A stretch of DNA of 64,000 bases, taken from assembly GCA_965223705.1 (NCBI GenBank), contig OZ245015.1, positions 3,616,001 through 3,680,000 on the forward strand, read 5' to 3'. Positions within the stretch are counted from its first letter, which is position 1, and each line of letters begins with the position of its first letter. The position numbers were made by a program, and so were the translations under genes. Under the pieces are notes generated by a model. It ran no database searches. It was not told the origin of the DNA and saw nothing but the letters and a program-made list of their open reading frames with translations. Below, in pieces: positions 32,797 to 41,933 of this stretch. This stretch comes from Myxococcota bacterium (GTDB lineage: Bacteria; Myxococcota_A; UBA9160; UBA6930).

Positions 32797-32945
32797 AAGC
32801 AGAGATTCGCTGCTTTTTCGAAACCGGCCCGGCGATGTCGCGAGAACCAGCAGCAAAACCCTGCTCTTCGCCTGAATCATCTGACGTGTCGGCGGCTTAC
32901 CCGGCGAAGGTGCGTCTCAGTCGCGCACCAGAAGCGCCTGCACTT
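32797..32945 (+). repeat. Junction hairpin repeat copy; 115-bp direct repeat of 30444-30558
   Basis: AAGCAGAGATTCGCTGCTTTT...GGCGGCTTACCCGGCGAAGGT at both positions. Confidence 0.9.
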
Positions 32946-33199
32946 ATTAGGCGCGGGGCTACAGGGCTGTTCGCATCACTCCAGCGGATGAAATCGAAGG
33001 CCAGGTCGATCCCACCGCCGAGATGATCCCGCGTGGCGATCCGGCCTCTCCCGCGAAGGGCGCGCGCTCCGAACAACGCGTCGTTGACCCGCGCTACCCA
33101 GGATTCGGCCGAGTCATCGTCGCTCGTCACCTCCGCGGGCAGGGCCTGGGGCGCGGCGATCAACGACAAAAAGATGACCAACACGGGCAGTCGTAGCAT
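32897..33199 (-). pseudogene. 5' fragment of an exported protein running into the repeat
   Basis: GAGGAGG RBS and signal peptide, then the ORF enters repeat sequence. Confidence 0.45.
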
Positions 33200-33313
33200 A
33201 GATATGCCTCCTCAACGTAAACCTGAAGACGAACCCGGTCGTCAGCCGGCGAACTCTCAGACAGACCTTCCCTTCGGTGGAACGAAGAGCTCGGGCTACG
33301 GATGCGCGCTCCG

Positions 33314-34114
33314 CTAGTTAGGAAGGATGATCTCCACGCGCCGGTTTTGCTGTCGACCCGCCGGCGTGTCGTTGGACGCAACGGGAGCGCTTTCGCCCCA
33401 GCCGCGCGTGGTCACCCGGTCGGGCTGCACCCCGCGGCGCACGAGATAGTTGGCTACCGCGTCGGCGCGCCGACGGGAAAGCGATCGGTTGTAGGCCCCG
33501 CTTCCGAGCCCGTCCGTGTGTCCTTCGACGAGCACGCGTTGCTCCGGCCGCTCGGCGAGGACATGGGCCACGCGATCGAGAACCCGCTGCCCACCAGGCT
33601 TGAGTGCGGCTTCGTCGAGGGGGAAGAGAATGTCGCTCAGGGTGAGGACCAGACCGCGATCGGTTTTCTGGCTCCGCAACGCCTCGAGTTCACCCTCGAG
33701 CTCCACGAGACGCTGCTCGGCCGTCAGCGCTCGTACTCGCTCGGACTCCACCTCTCGGGACCTCGCGTCGAGCCGTATGCGGTCCCTCCGATCTCCCAAC
33801 ATCCCCAGCGAAGCCCGCAACATCGAGCGATCGGCGGCGGCGCGTGCGACTTCGAGCTTGCGATCGACGAGGTATGCCAGATGCTCGAGTTCCTTTTCGG
33901 ACGCGCCGGCCCGCTCCGCCCGCTCGAGGCGATCGAGCGCACGTTTCGCCTCGTAGACCGCGACCTCTGCGTGCTCTTCCGTCTTCGGGTCGTTCTCGGT
34001 CGCGGCTACGCGCTGACGGGCATCGACCACGATGGGGTTCGGACCGGAGGCGCAACCGGCCGCTAGGGTCAGGATCGCCACCGCGGCGATGGCGATTCTA
34101 TTGGGGCGAATCAT
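33314..34114 (-). CDS. OmpA-family lipoprotein
   Basis: Lipobox AAGC; VEGHTD..G...YN..LS.RRA; GRQQNRRVEI. Confidence 0.92.
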   Translation of the reverse strand: MIRPNRIAIAAVAILTLAAGCASGPNPIVVDARQRVAATENDPKTEEHAEVAVYEAKRALDRLERAERAGASEKELEHLAYLVDRKLEVARAAADRSMLRASLGMLGDRRDRIRLDARSREVESERVRALTAEQRLVELEGELEALRSQKTDRGLVLTLSDILFPLDEAALKPGGQRVLDRVAHVLAERPEQRVLVEGHTDGLGSGAYNRSLSRRRADAVANYLVRRGVQPDRVTTRGWGESAPVASNDTPAGRQQNRRVEIILPN

Positions 34115-34481
34115 GAGTGATCTCTCCTTCGAGGGCTCGCACCGTCTCTTCGAGCTCGGTCACCGCCTCTCGCATGTGTTCCCGCTCGGCCTCCGCAGAC
34201 GCCAATTCCGCATCAGCCCGCGCCTTCTCAGCGTGGCGCCGGGCCTCGTCATAGCGTTCATCTCGAGCCGCCTGTTTGGCGCGCTGGAGGTGGTCTTCCG
34301 CTTTGCGCAGCGGTAGCGGCGCCGCGTCTGCCGCGCCGTCCTGCCGCGCCGTGCGAATCTGCGCCTCGGCACGAGCCAAGGCCTCGTCCGGCGGAGGCGT
34401 CGATGCGCAGGCGCCGAGAAACATGACCACTACACTGGCGATCACGGGTGTCCACAACTTCCACGAACCATTCGGTCTCAT
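34098..34481 (-). CDS. DUF4398-like lipoprotein
   Basis: LGAC lipobox, AEKARADAELA; typical partner upstream of this OmpA type. Confidence 0.8.
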   Translation of the reverse strand: MRPNGSWKLWTPVIASVVVMFLGACASTPPPDEALARAEAQIRTARQDGAADAAPLPLRKAEDHLQRAKQAARDERYDEARRHAEKARADAELASAEAEREHMREAVTELEETVRALEGEITHDSPQ

Positions 34482-35182
34482 AATCTCTCCTCTGAGAAGA
34501 CCTCGCGGGCGCGCACGATGAAGCGCTGAGGCGCGCGTCCCACCCAGTAGAACGGATGACAAGTCACAAGGGTCAGCGTCGGAGATTCCGTCGGTTCGAG
34601 AACTTGAACAGCCTCGGGGTCGACGACGATCGTACGTTCGACGGCAAAGGTCCGGATCCGACCGGCGGTTTCGATGGTGAAGCGATCTCCCTCGCGAACG
34701 TGGCGTAGCGCTCGAAAGAAGCCGTCCCGGTGACCGGCGATTCCGATGTTCCCGGTCGAGGAAGTGAGGGGTGCCGTTCCCTCGATGCGACCCACGCCTC
34801 GGTTCAGGGACCACTCCCCGGTCCCCTCGAGGATGAGCGCGTCGATTCGCCCGTCAGCGCTCCGTAGGATGCCACCTCGGGGCGACGCGTCGCTGCGGTC
34901 GAGGGAACGGCGAAAGCGATCGATGCGACTGGGAGACCACTCGCTCATGTCTGTTGCGTCCGGGGGGTCGGTCCTTCGAACCGTGGGGTTCGGGACGGAG
35001 TCGATCGAATCTGCCCACGCCGGCTGCGGGGCACGAAACACCGCCTCGAGTCGAGACCGCTCCGCGAAGCCGACGAGTCGCGGAACGCCGTATCCGAACA
35101 ATGCGAGCAAGGATGCAGCGGCTGCCACAAGCCAAGCAGCTCGCTCGATAGACGCGACTAGAGACCCGACGCCGGAACGCAT
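34478..35182 (-). CDS. Sortase (class D-like)
   Basis: IAGHRDGFFR, TLTLVTC, R.IV.A catalytic H/C/R; N-terminal membrane anchor. Confidence 0.9.
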   Translation of the reverse strand: MRSGVGSLVASIERAAWLVAAAASLLALFGYGVPRLVGFAERSRLEAVFRAPQPAWADSIDSVPNPTVRRTDPPDATDMSEWSPSRIDRFRRSLDRSDASPRGGILRSADGRIDALILEGTGEWSLNRGVGRIEGTAPLTSSTGNIGIAGHRDGFFRALRHVREGDRFTIETAGRIRTFAVERTIVVDPEAVQVLEPTESPTLTLVTCHPFYWVGRAPQRFIVRAREVFSEERL

Positions 35183-35283
35183 GGCCGGAAGCACTGCAGT
35201 TCTCGTGCCCGCCCACGGCGGCACGCAATTTGCGTTTGCCCCTCTCAAAACGCTGCGGCTGCCTCGCCGGTGGTCGCCGCGCA

Positions 35284-35904
35284 ATGGAGGTCGCTTTGAA
35301 ATTTGTAGCTTTTGCAAGCCTGTTGGCATTCCTGACAAGCGCCCAGGCTTTCGGGCAGGCAGTGCCGAGTTCGCGCACCTTGGTGGGCGAGGTCAGCAAG
35401 ATCGATCACGGTACCCGCGAGGTACATCTATTGACCGAGGCGGGCGAGCTCGAAGTGGACTACGCCATCGTCACCCGCTTCGCGGAAGAGAACAAGGGGC
35501 TTATCGGCCGCGATTCCCTCGAGGTCGGGGACGCCGTGCGCGTCATCTTTTTGAACGAGCCCGACGCGGTGAACTCCACCGTCCAGTTCGTCAAGGTACT
35601 CGGCAAGGACGATCCCGCGTATCGCGACTTCGTTTCGAAGAAAGATACGATCGATCGCTCGGAGGTGATCTCCGTTGCCATCACACGAATTGCCCCGCGC
35701 AACACGCCTCCGCCGCGGGATCTCGCCCGGAACAGCGATCCCATCAGCAAACATCGGACGACGAGCGAACGCCGCCGTTCGGAGCAGCAAGGGACGGCTG
35801 CGCGCCTTCCCGACACCGCAAGCGTTCTCCCGCTGCTCGTAAGCGTCGCCTTCGGTTCCGCAGCGGTCGCCGGATCACTTCGCATCGCGCGAAAGCGACG
35901 TTAG
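35284..35904 (+). CDS. Exported protein with LPXTG-like (LPDTA) sorting signal
   Basis: Signal peptide; LPDTAS, hydrophobic helix, RKRR tail; sigma-54 motif at 35219-35234. Confidence 0.8.
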   Translation: MEVALKFVAFASLLAFLTSAQAFGQAVPSSRTLVGEVSKIDHGTREVHLLTEAGELEVDYAIVTRFAEENKGLIGRDSLEVGDAVRVIFLNEPDAVNSTVQFVKVLGKDDPAYRDFVSKKDTIDRSEVISVAITRIAPRNTPPPRDLARNSDPISKHRTTSERRRSEQQGTAARLPDTASVLPLLVSVAFGSAAVAGSLRIARKRR

Positions 35905-35908
35905 CCGG

Positions 35909-36253
35909 ATGGCTGGAACGATTCACGAGCCTCGCGAGCGACTCCGCGAGGAAACGATTGAGATGCATCGCGCGATCGCTTCGCTGATCGAGGAACTCGA
36001 AGCGGTCGACTGGTACGCACAACGGGTGGACGCGAGCGAGGACGCCGAGCTCGCTCGCATCCTCGCCCACAACCGAGACGAAGAAAAGGAGCATGCTTGT
36101 ATGACCCTCGAGTGGATTCGCCGCCGAGATCCGACATTCGACGGGTTTCTGAAGAAGTTTCTCTGGAGCGAGGAGTCAATCGTCGGTGCAGAGCACGCGG
36201 ATAGAGCGCCTGCCGAGGGGGATCTCGGCATTGGCGCGCTGGATCGGAGATAG
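35909..36253 (+). CDS. Encapsulin-associated ferritin-like protein (EncFtn)
   Basis: HRAIASLIEELEAVDWY.QR, HNRDEEKEHA, C-terminal GDLGIGAL cargo peptide. Confidence 0.93.
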   Translation: MAGTIHEPRERLREETIEMHRAIASLIEELEAVDWYAQRVDASEDAELARILAHNRDEEKEHACMTLEWIRRRDPTFDGFLKKFLWSEESIVGAEHADRAPAEGDLGIGALDRR

Positions 36254-36255
36254 TC

Positions 36256-37077
36256 ATGGCACTTCACCGCGATCTGGCGCCGATCTCCGACAAGGCGTGG
36301 AAAGAGATCGATGAAGAGGCCCGCAGGGTGCTGGAGCTCCATCTAGCGGCTCGTCGGATGATGGATTTCGAGGGTCCACTCGGCTGGGAGTTCTCCTCGG
36401 TGGATCTCGGTCGATCCGAGCCGTTGGAAGGTGGGCCGGAAGACGCCGCACGGCTGCGTCGGCGGCGGGTGCGCTCGCTGGTGGAGCTGCGGGTCAGTTT
36501 TTCCCTTGAACGCAACGAGATCGAGCGGATCGACCGCGGAGCCGGCGACCCCGATCTCCGCCCTTTGACCGAAGCAGCCAAACGCTTTGCGGCCGCCGAA
36601 GACGTGGCGCTTTTCGAGGGCTACGCCGACGCGGACGTTCCCGGCCTCGTCACCGACGCCGGTTGTTCCGGAGTAGCGCTCCCCGATTCGGGGGAGGGAT
36701 TACCGGCCGCCGTCGTCGAAGGGCTCGAACAACTTCGCAGTGAGGGCGTCTCGGGCCCCTACGCGTTGGCTCTCTCGCCCGCGCACTACGGCGAACTCGC
36801 CCGCGCAACGGTCGACGGGGGCCAGCCCGTGCTCGATCACACCGAGCGCCTTCTCGAGGGTCCGGTCCTTTGGGCACCCCACCTGCTCGGCGGGCTGATC
36901 GTGAGCCGTCGCGGGGGCGATCTGCGTTTCGTTTGTGGCCGAGATGCGTCGATCGGCTACGAAGCCCACGACAGCTCGGAAGTTCGGCTCTATCTCGAAG
37001 AGAGCTTCACCGCCGTGCTCGATGGACCTGAGGTGCTCTGTCCGCTGTTGCCTTCAGTTCCCGACACGGACGCGTAG
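36256..37077 (+). CDS. Family 1 encapsulin shell protein
   Basis: LHRDLAPIS..AW..I, GPLGW, A.AED..LF.G, RGGD, SIGY, ESFT. Confidence 0.93.
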   Translation: MALHRDLAPISDKAWKEIDEEARRVLELHLAARRMMDFEGPLGWEFSSVDLGRSEPLEGGPEDAARLRRRRVRSLVELRVSFSLERNEIERIDRGAGDPDLRPLTEAAKRFAAAEDVALFEGYADADVPGLVTDAGCSGVALPDSGEGLPAAVVEGLEQLRSEGVSGPYALALSPAHYGELARATVDGGQPVLDHTERLLEGPVLWAPHLLGGLIVSRRGGDLRFVCGRDASIGYEAHDSSEVRLYLEESFTAVLDGPEVLCPLLPSVPDTDA

Positions 37078-37088
37078 CGGCTGCGGCT

Positions 37089-37439
37089 TCAGGCCGCCCG
37101 AATGAGCGCGGCGAGCTGACGAACCGACACCGGTTTCTCGAGGATCGCCGTGACGTCGAGCGCGAGCGCAGCCGCTTGGACGTTCGGCTCCAAAGCGCCC
37201 GTCACCAGGATGACTGGGAGGTAGGAGTGGCTCTGCCGGAGATGGGCTAGAAGATCGACGCCGTTGGGTCCCGGGCCGAGATCGATGTCGGAAATCACGG
37301 CGCCATGAACCAGGGTTCTCGTCGCCTCTACAGCGTCGGAGTAGTTCTGGATCTCTTCGACCTCGAACCCGCGCTTCCGGAAACCATAAGCCAGTGCAGC
37401 TAGGAAATCGGGGTCATCATCCACGATTAAGAGTTTCAG
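37089..37439 (-). CDS. Single-domain response regulator
   Basis: LLIVDDD, ISD, NGVDLL, VTG, EKP; apparent CTG start after GGAGAG. Confidence 0.85.
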   Translation of the reverse strand: MKLLIVDDDPDFLAALAYGFRKRGFEVEEIQNYSDAVEATRTLVHGAVISDIDLGPGPNGVDLLAHLRQSHSYLPVILVTGALEPNVQAAALALDVTAILEKPVSVRQLAALIRAA

Positions 37440-37520
37440 TGAATCTCTCCGTCCGGCGTTTTGGTCGAAGTTTGCAAGTGCTATGCCGGGCCGCGCGCCT
37501 GACCCTCGGTTGTTCTCGCT

Positions 37521-39848
37521 CTAACCCTCGCACACGTCAGCCGGGTTCGTCTTGGATTCATTTTCCTTTCCCTCTGCTTCGGCTTCTCCTTTTTTCTCGA
37601 GAGGGACGGACTCTTTCTCGTGTAGGCCGACCGATCGCGCTGCACCGACTACGCACGCGATGGGAAGCTCGGACAGGATCATCTCGAGAGGACCTCCGAA
37701 AGGGCCGACCACTTTCATGCCCTCGAGTCCCATTCGAAAAAACACCAGCGAACTGTCTTTCGAATACTCGATCAGGTTCGCGGAATCAGCGTCGGGAACC
37801 ATGACAATCGAGGCGTCGATACGCGCCTCATCGAGGACGACTTGGAGGCTTCGCTGGGTTTTTTCATCCTGATCCGGTGAGCACGGAGCCAGTACGCGAA
37901 TCGTCGCATCCTCCCAATTCTCTGATCGGGTCATTAGATACGCGAGGAGCAGAGACAAACGGCAGGACGAATCCTCCCACCACCACACATCGATCCTGCG
38001 TTCTTCGGACGCAAGCGATTCGACGGCTCGGAACTCACGTCCAGTCACATCGAAGATCAACACATGACAGCCGAGTCGCAGTACTGAACGCAGTTGACGT
38101 CCGTAGCGAAGCGGATTCGCACCTTCCGCATCCCTCGGTAAGTGCTCCCACCAGTCGAGGAGCACCGTGTTCGCGCGCACGGGGCCAATTCCCCAGGTCT
38201 GCAGGAGCGTGCTCACCGCCACTCGGAGATCGGGCGCCGCCAAGGTGAGCGGAAACGCATCGAGGCCCTGCGACTCGATCTCTTCTCGGAGTTCGCCGGC
38301 CAAAGCCTCGCACGCTTCTCGACTGGTTTCGAAATCGCCCTCGCCGCGGACGACGCCGACGCTTGTCGCGAGCCCCGATGTCCCGGATAGAGCGACACCA
38401 AAACGAGTCAATAGATCGCGACGCTCCGCATTCTCTCCAAAGATCAGGATGTTCGGTTGCCAACCCCAATCGTGGTTCGGCAAGCGGTCAATCTCTCGAA
38501 CGGTTTGCTTCAGTTTTCTGAAGTTGTGTGCCGGACGGCTGTCCACCCAGCCCACGGGAAGATCCCGAGACCGCAGATAGAAGTAGAGGGTTGTCATCAC
38601 AACGATCGCGCTCGCTCCCGCCCAGGGGTCGATGGCCAACATCGAGATTGCACAGAGCGCAGCACCCAGCAGGGACAGCCGTTTGTCAAAAAAGCGAAAG
38701 CGCGGTCGGAAAGCCGGGCTCGCGCCGTGAGCCTCGAAGTAGGTGGCGTAGTTCAACAGCCCATAGGAGATCAGGAAGAACATCGAAATCAGGCTCGCCA
38801 CCGCGTTCAGGTTGCCCGCCGCGAGGACGGCCAAAGCAATGAGGGCCGCCAGCAACACCGCTCTTCGTGGATTGTCCCTGCCTTCTGTGCCCGCGGCGAA
38901 GGGTCTCAGCAGGGGGAAAATCTGGTCTCGCGCCATCGCTTGGAGAATGCGCGGCGCTCCGAGGGCGGACGCGAGGGCAGAGGAGAGCGTCGCTGCGATG
39001 ACCCCGGCGTCGAACAGTACCGGAACGAAAGAGAAGTCCCGGAAGGCCTGGTAGTCGGCTGCGAGCTCGGCGGCGGGCGCTCCGGCTGCAAACAGGAGCG
39101 CGGCTGCCGTATAGACGAGGAGTGACACAGAGACCGCTGCGAAAGTGCCGCTCGGAAGACTCCGGCTCGGATCTTCCAGGTCTCCGGACATACTGACGCC
39201 CTGCGTGAAACCGGTCACCGCGGGAAAAAAGATGGCAAAGAGCGCCCAGAAGCTGACGCTCGCTTCTGGTGGCGCCCAATTGTTCGACAAGAGCTCGACC
39301 TCCGCTCGTCCAGCGGCCCCGATGAAGAACGACAGAAGTGCCGCACCCATCACGAACATGATCAAGAATTGAAAACGGGTCGCGAGGTCCGCCCCGACAT
39401 ACGCGATCACCAACAGGAACACCGCCGCGCCCGCCGCGATGTGCCTGGAGCTGGCATTCGGGGCAAGCTCGCCGAACATTGGCGCTAGAGCCTCGCCGAA
39501 GCCAAAGCAGTAGAACGCGATCGATACCGATTGGGCGAGGAAGAGAACGACCCCGAGTGCGCCTCCGAACTCGGGGCCGAGGCTGCGCGAGATCAAGAAG
39601 TAGTCGCCGCCACCCCTTACGCGCCGGTTGGTCGCGATCGCGGCCAGGGACAAGCTCGTCAGAACTGAGACTGCGTGCGCGAGGAAAATCAGAAGCAGAG
39701 CGCGGCTGAGCCCTGCGCTCCCTACGACCCAGCCATGGCGCAAGAACAGGATGATGCCGAGGATCGTAAGAACGCTCGGGGTAAAGACCCCGCCGAACGT
39801 GCCGAGTCCCCCTCCCTCCCTTTGGTTGCGCGCCCCTGAACCAGACAT
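37521..39848 (-). CDS. APC-superfamily permease, cation-chloride cotransporter (SLC12)-like
   Basis: GTFGGVFTPS.LTILG, GGG.Y.LISRSLGPEFGG, FAIFFPAVTG, soluble C-domain with IDVWW. Confidence 0.9.
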   Translation of the reverse strand: MSGSGARNQREGGGLGTFGGVFTPSVLTILGIILFLRHGWVVGSAGLSRALLLIFLAHAVSVLTSLSLAAIATNRRVRGGGDYFLISRSLGPEFGGALGVVLFLAQSVSIAFYCFGFGEALAPMFGELAPNASSRHIAAGAAVFLLVIAYVGADLATRFQFLIMFVMGAALLSFFIGAAGRAEVELLSNNWAPPEASVSFWALFAIFFPAVTGFTQGVSMSGDLEDPSRSLPSGTFAAVSVSLLVYTAAALLFAAGAPAAELAADYQAFRDFSFVPVLFDAGVIAATLSSALASALGAPRILQAMARDQIFPLLRPFAAGTEGRDNPRRAVLLAALIALAVLAAGNLNAVASLISMFFLISYGLLNYATYFEAHGASPAFRPRFRFFDKRLSLLGAALCAISMLAIDPWAGASAIVVMTTLYFYLRSRDLPVGWVDSRPAHNFRKLKQTVREIDRLPNHDWGWQPNILIFGENAERRDLLTRFGVALSGTSGLATSVGVVRGEGDFETSREACEALAGELREEIESQGLDAFPLTLAAPDLRVAVSTLLQTWGIGPVRANTVLLDWWEHLPRDAEGANPLRYGRQLRSVLRLGCHVLIFDVTGREFRAVESLASEERRIDVWWWEDSSCRLSLLLAYLMTRSENWEDATIRVLAPCSPDQDEKTQRSLQVVLDEARIDASIVMVPDADSANLIEYSKDSSLVFFRMGLEGMKVVGPFGGPLEMILSELPIACVVGAARSVGLHEKESVPLEKKGEAEAEGKENESKTNPADVCEG

Positions 39849-40080
39849 AGGGTTCCCCTATCCGGCACGCCGCGCGCCGAAATCGCCGATCGTTCGCTGC
39901 AAGTCGTGGGCCGAAGGCGATTTCGGTAGAGGGGTTACCTCGATGGACCAACGCTCGTCGTTCTTACGAAAGAGCTGTAAGCGGTACACATCTTCGTAGA
40001 TTTTCCTCTCCCTCACGCGCCTTCATCGGGCATGCGAATTGCTTAGTGCTCTCTCATCTATCCAGGAAGAGGAGCACGGG

Positions 40081-41316
40081 ATGCCTGAAATCGTTGAAAA
40101 AGCGTCGATCGCCGAGTTGAGGAGGAGACCGGAAATCAGCTGGGGAGCCGTGTTCGGCGGCTTCTTTTTTGTCATCGCGATGGGCTGGTTGTTGGTCCTT
40201 TTGGGCTCCGCTCTGGGAGCATCGATTCTCGATGCCACAGACGCGGGCGCGATGGGTTCCGGGCTCGGCCTGGGAGCCATCTTGTGGACGTTGGTGAGCG
40301 CCCTGGTCTCCTACTTTCTCGGTGCCTTGTTGACGGCGCGCTTGGCCGCTCGTCCGGAGGCGTGGGCGGGAATGCTCCACGGCGTGACACTCTGGAGCTT
40401 CGCGAGTGTCGCTCTGCTCGTTCTCGGCTTCTTTGGAGTTGGGGGCGCACTGGAAACGGGTCAGGCGGTGATTCGGGGCACTGCTTCGGCGACAGCCTCC
40501 ATCGCGTCGACCGCGGTCGATGGAGCCCAGAGTCTCCGCGATGCAGCGGCTGCCGCCTCCGACTCCGAACTCGTGAACGAAGTGCAGGCGCGACTGAAGC
40601 GATGGGCGAGCCGGTCCGTCGCGTCGCTGGACGCGCCCGGGGGTGCCCAGGTGTCCGCTTCCGAGGTGCGGCAAGCCGCGCGAGAGATCGACCGCGACAC
40701 CTTGAATGATGCTGCGATCGCCCTCGTCAAGGGGAATCCGAACGGCGCGAAGGAGATTATCGCGCGAGATACCACGCTTTCGGAGGGCGAAGTCAGCGCG
40801 CTGGTCGAAGGTCTTTCTTCCCAGGTCGCGGCGATGAGCGAGCAGCTGCGAGACGAGACCCGAGTTGTGGAACGTGCGCGACAGGAGATCGACCGGCAGG
40901 TGACGGCGTTCTACAACAGCGCCAGTCGCACCGCCGGCCCGAGTGTCTCTTCCACGGAACTGAGAACGGCCGTGTCGGAACTCGACCGCGAAACCCTACG
41001 AGAAGCAGCCTTCGAGTTGGTAGCGGGCCGTCCCGAAAGCGCCAAGAACGTGCTCGCGGCGAATACCTCGCTCGACGAAGCGCAGATCGAGGCCGTGGTC
41101 GATGGCGTCGATCAAGAAGTGGAAGAGCGCATCCAAGAGTTCCGAGGTGAAGCCGAGCGCGTCATGGAGACCGCATCGGACTACGGACAGGCGGTGCTTT
41201 GGACCGCTTTCATCGCCGGAGCACTCGGACTGTGCGCCGCGATTTTTGGTGGGATGCTCGGCGCAGGCAGCGTTGAGCGCCTCTACGCCGTCAACGTTTC
41301 CCGCGAAGTGCGATAG
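40081..41316 (+). CDS. Hypothetical membrane protein with internal helical repeat
   Basis: ISWGAVFGG, HGVTLWS; duplicated ELDRETL..AA..LV.G.P..AK unit; sigma-54 motif 40028-40043. Confidence 0.8.
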   Translation: MPEIVEKASIAELRRRPEISWGAVFGGFFFVIAMGWLLVLLGSALGASILDATDAGAMGSGLGLGAILWTLVSALVSYFLGALLTARLAARPEAWAGMLHGVTLWSFASVALLVLGFFGVGGALETGQAVIRGTASATASIASTAVDGAQSLRDAAAAASDSELVNEVQARLKRWASRSVASLDAPGGAQVSASEVRQAAREIDRDTLNDAAIALVKGNPNGAKEIIARDTTLSEGEVSALVEGLSSQVAAMSEQLRDETRVVERARQEIDRQVTAFYNSASRTAGPSVSSTELRTAVSELDRETLREAAFELVAGRPESAKNVLAANTSLDEAQIEAVVDGVDQEVEERIQEFRGEAERVMETASDYGQAVLWTAFIAGALGLCAAIFGGMLGAGSVERLYAVNVSREVR

Positions 41317-41325
41317 GAGCTGCTT

Positions 41326-41460
41326 GTGCCTTACGGAATACTCGGCCTTGTACTGGTGATCATGATCGTCGCGGCGTTGCTCGGCAACGTCGCCATCGGT
41401 GGCGTGGGCGGCTTAGTCCTCCTCATCCTGCTGGTGCTATTGCTCACAGGACGAATTTAG
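41326..41460 (+). CDS. 44-aa membrane protein (DUF3309-like)
   Basis: AGGAG RBS; GGVGGLVLLILLVLLLTGRI C-terminus. Confidence 0.6.
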   Translation: MPYGILGLVLVIMIVAALLGNVAIGGVGGLVLLILLVLLLTGRI

Positions 41461-41482
41461 GACGGGGTACAGGGAGGTCGAG

Positions 41483-41638
41483 ATGACAGAACAACGCCCG
41501 CAATGCCTTCACGCGCCCTGCACCTGCACCGCGGAAAGGGGTCGTCCGTATTGCAGCGACCACTGCGAGAAAGAACACCGCGACGGCAGGCTCCAGGACG
41601 GTCCTTGCCACTGCGGCAACCCGAGCTGCGAAAAATAG
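41483..41638 (+). CDS. Bacterial metallothionein-like protein (51 aa)
   Basis: CLHAPCTC..YCSDHC..CHCGNPSC; GGAGG RBS; absent from the ORF track. Confidence 0.78.
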   Translation: MTEQRPQCLHAPCTCTAERGRPYCSDHCEKEHRDGRLQDGPCHCGNPSCEK

Positions 41639-41756
41639 GCGGGCGGGAGGGCTCGACCCTTCGCGATGTCTGCGAAGCGCGGCGACGGCCATCTTGAGGT
41701 GTCCTCGATGGGCTTCGGCACATTGTTTGCTGTCAATGTGTATCAAGGAGGTCGAC

Positions 41757-41933
41757 ATGGACCTAATTCGTATACTGATTTCGATTCTGCTCCCGCCGCT
41801 CGGCGCGTTCCTACAGGTCGGACTGACGGGACAATTCTGGCTCAACCTGTTGCTGACGATCCTGGGCTATCTCCCCGGTGTCATCCACGCCGTCTGGTTG
41901 GTATTGGCCCGAGGACCGGCGCGGGTAGCCTGA
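41757..41933 (+). CDS. yqaE: YqaE/Pmp3-family membrane protein
   Basis: ILLPPLG, FWLNLLLTILGYLPGVIHAVW. Confidence 0.92.
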   Translation: MDLIRILISILLPPLGAFLQVGLTGQFWLNLLLTILGYLPGVIHAVWLVLARGPARVA

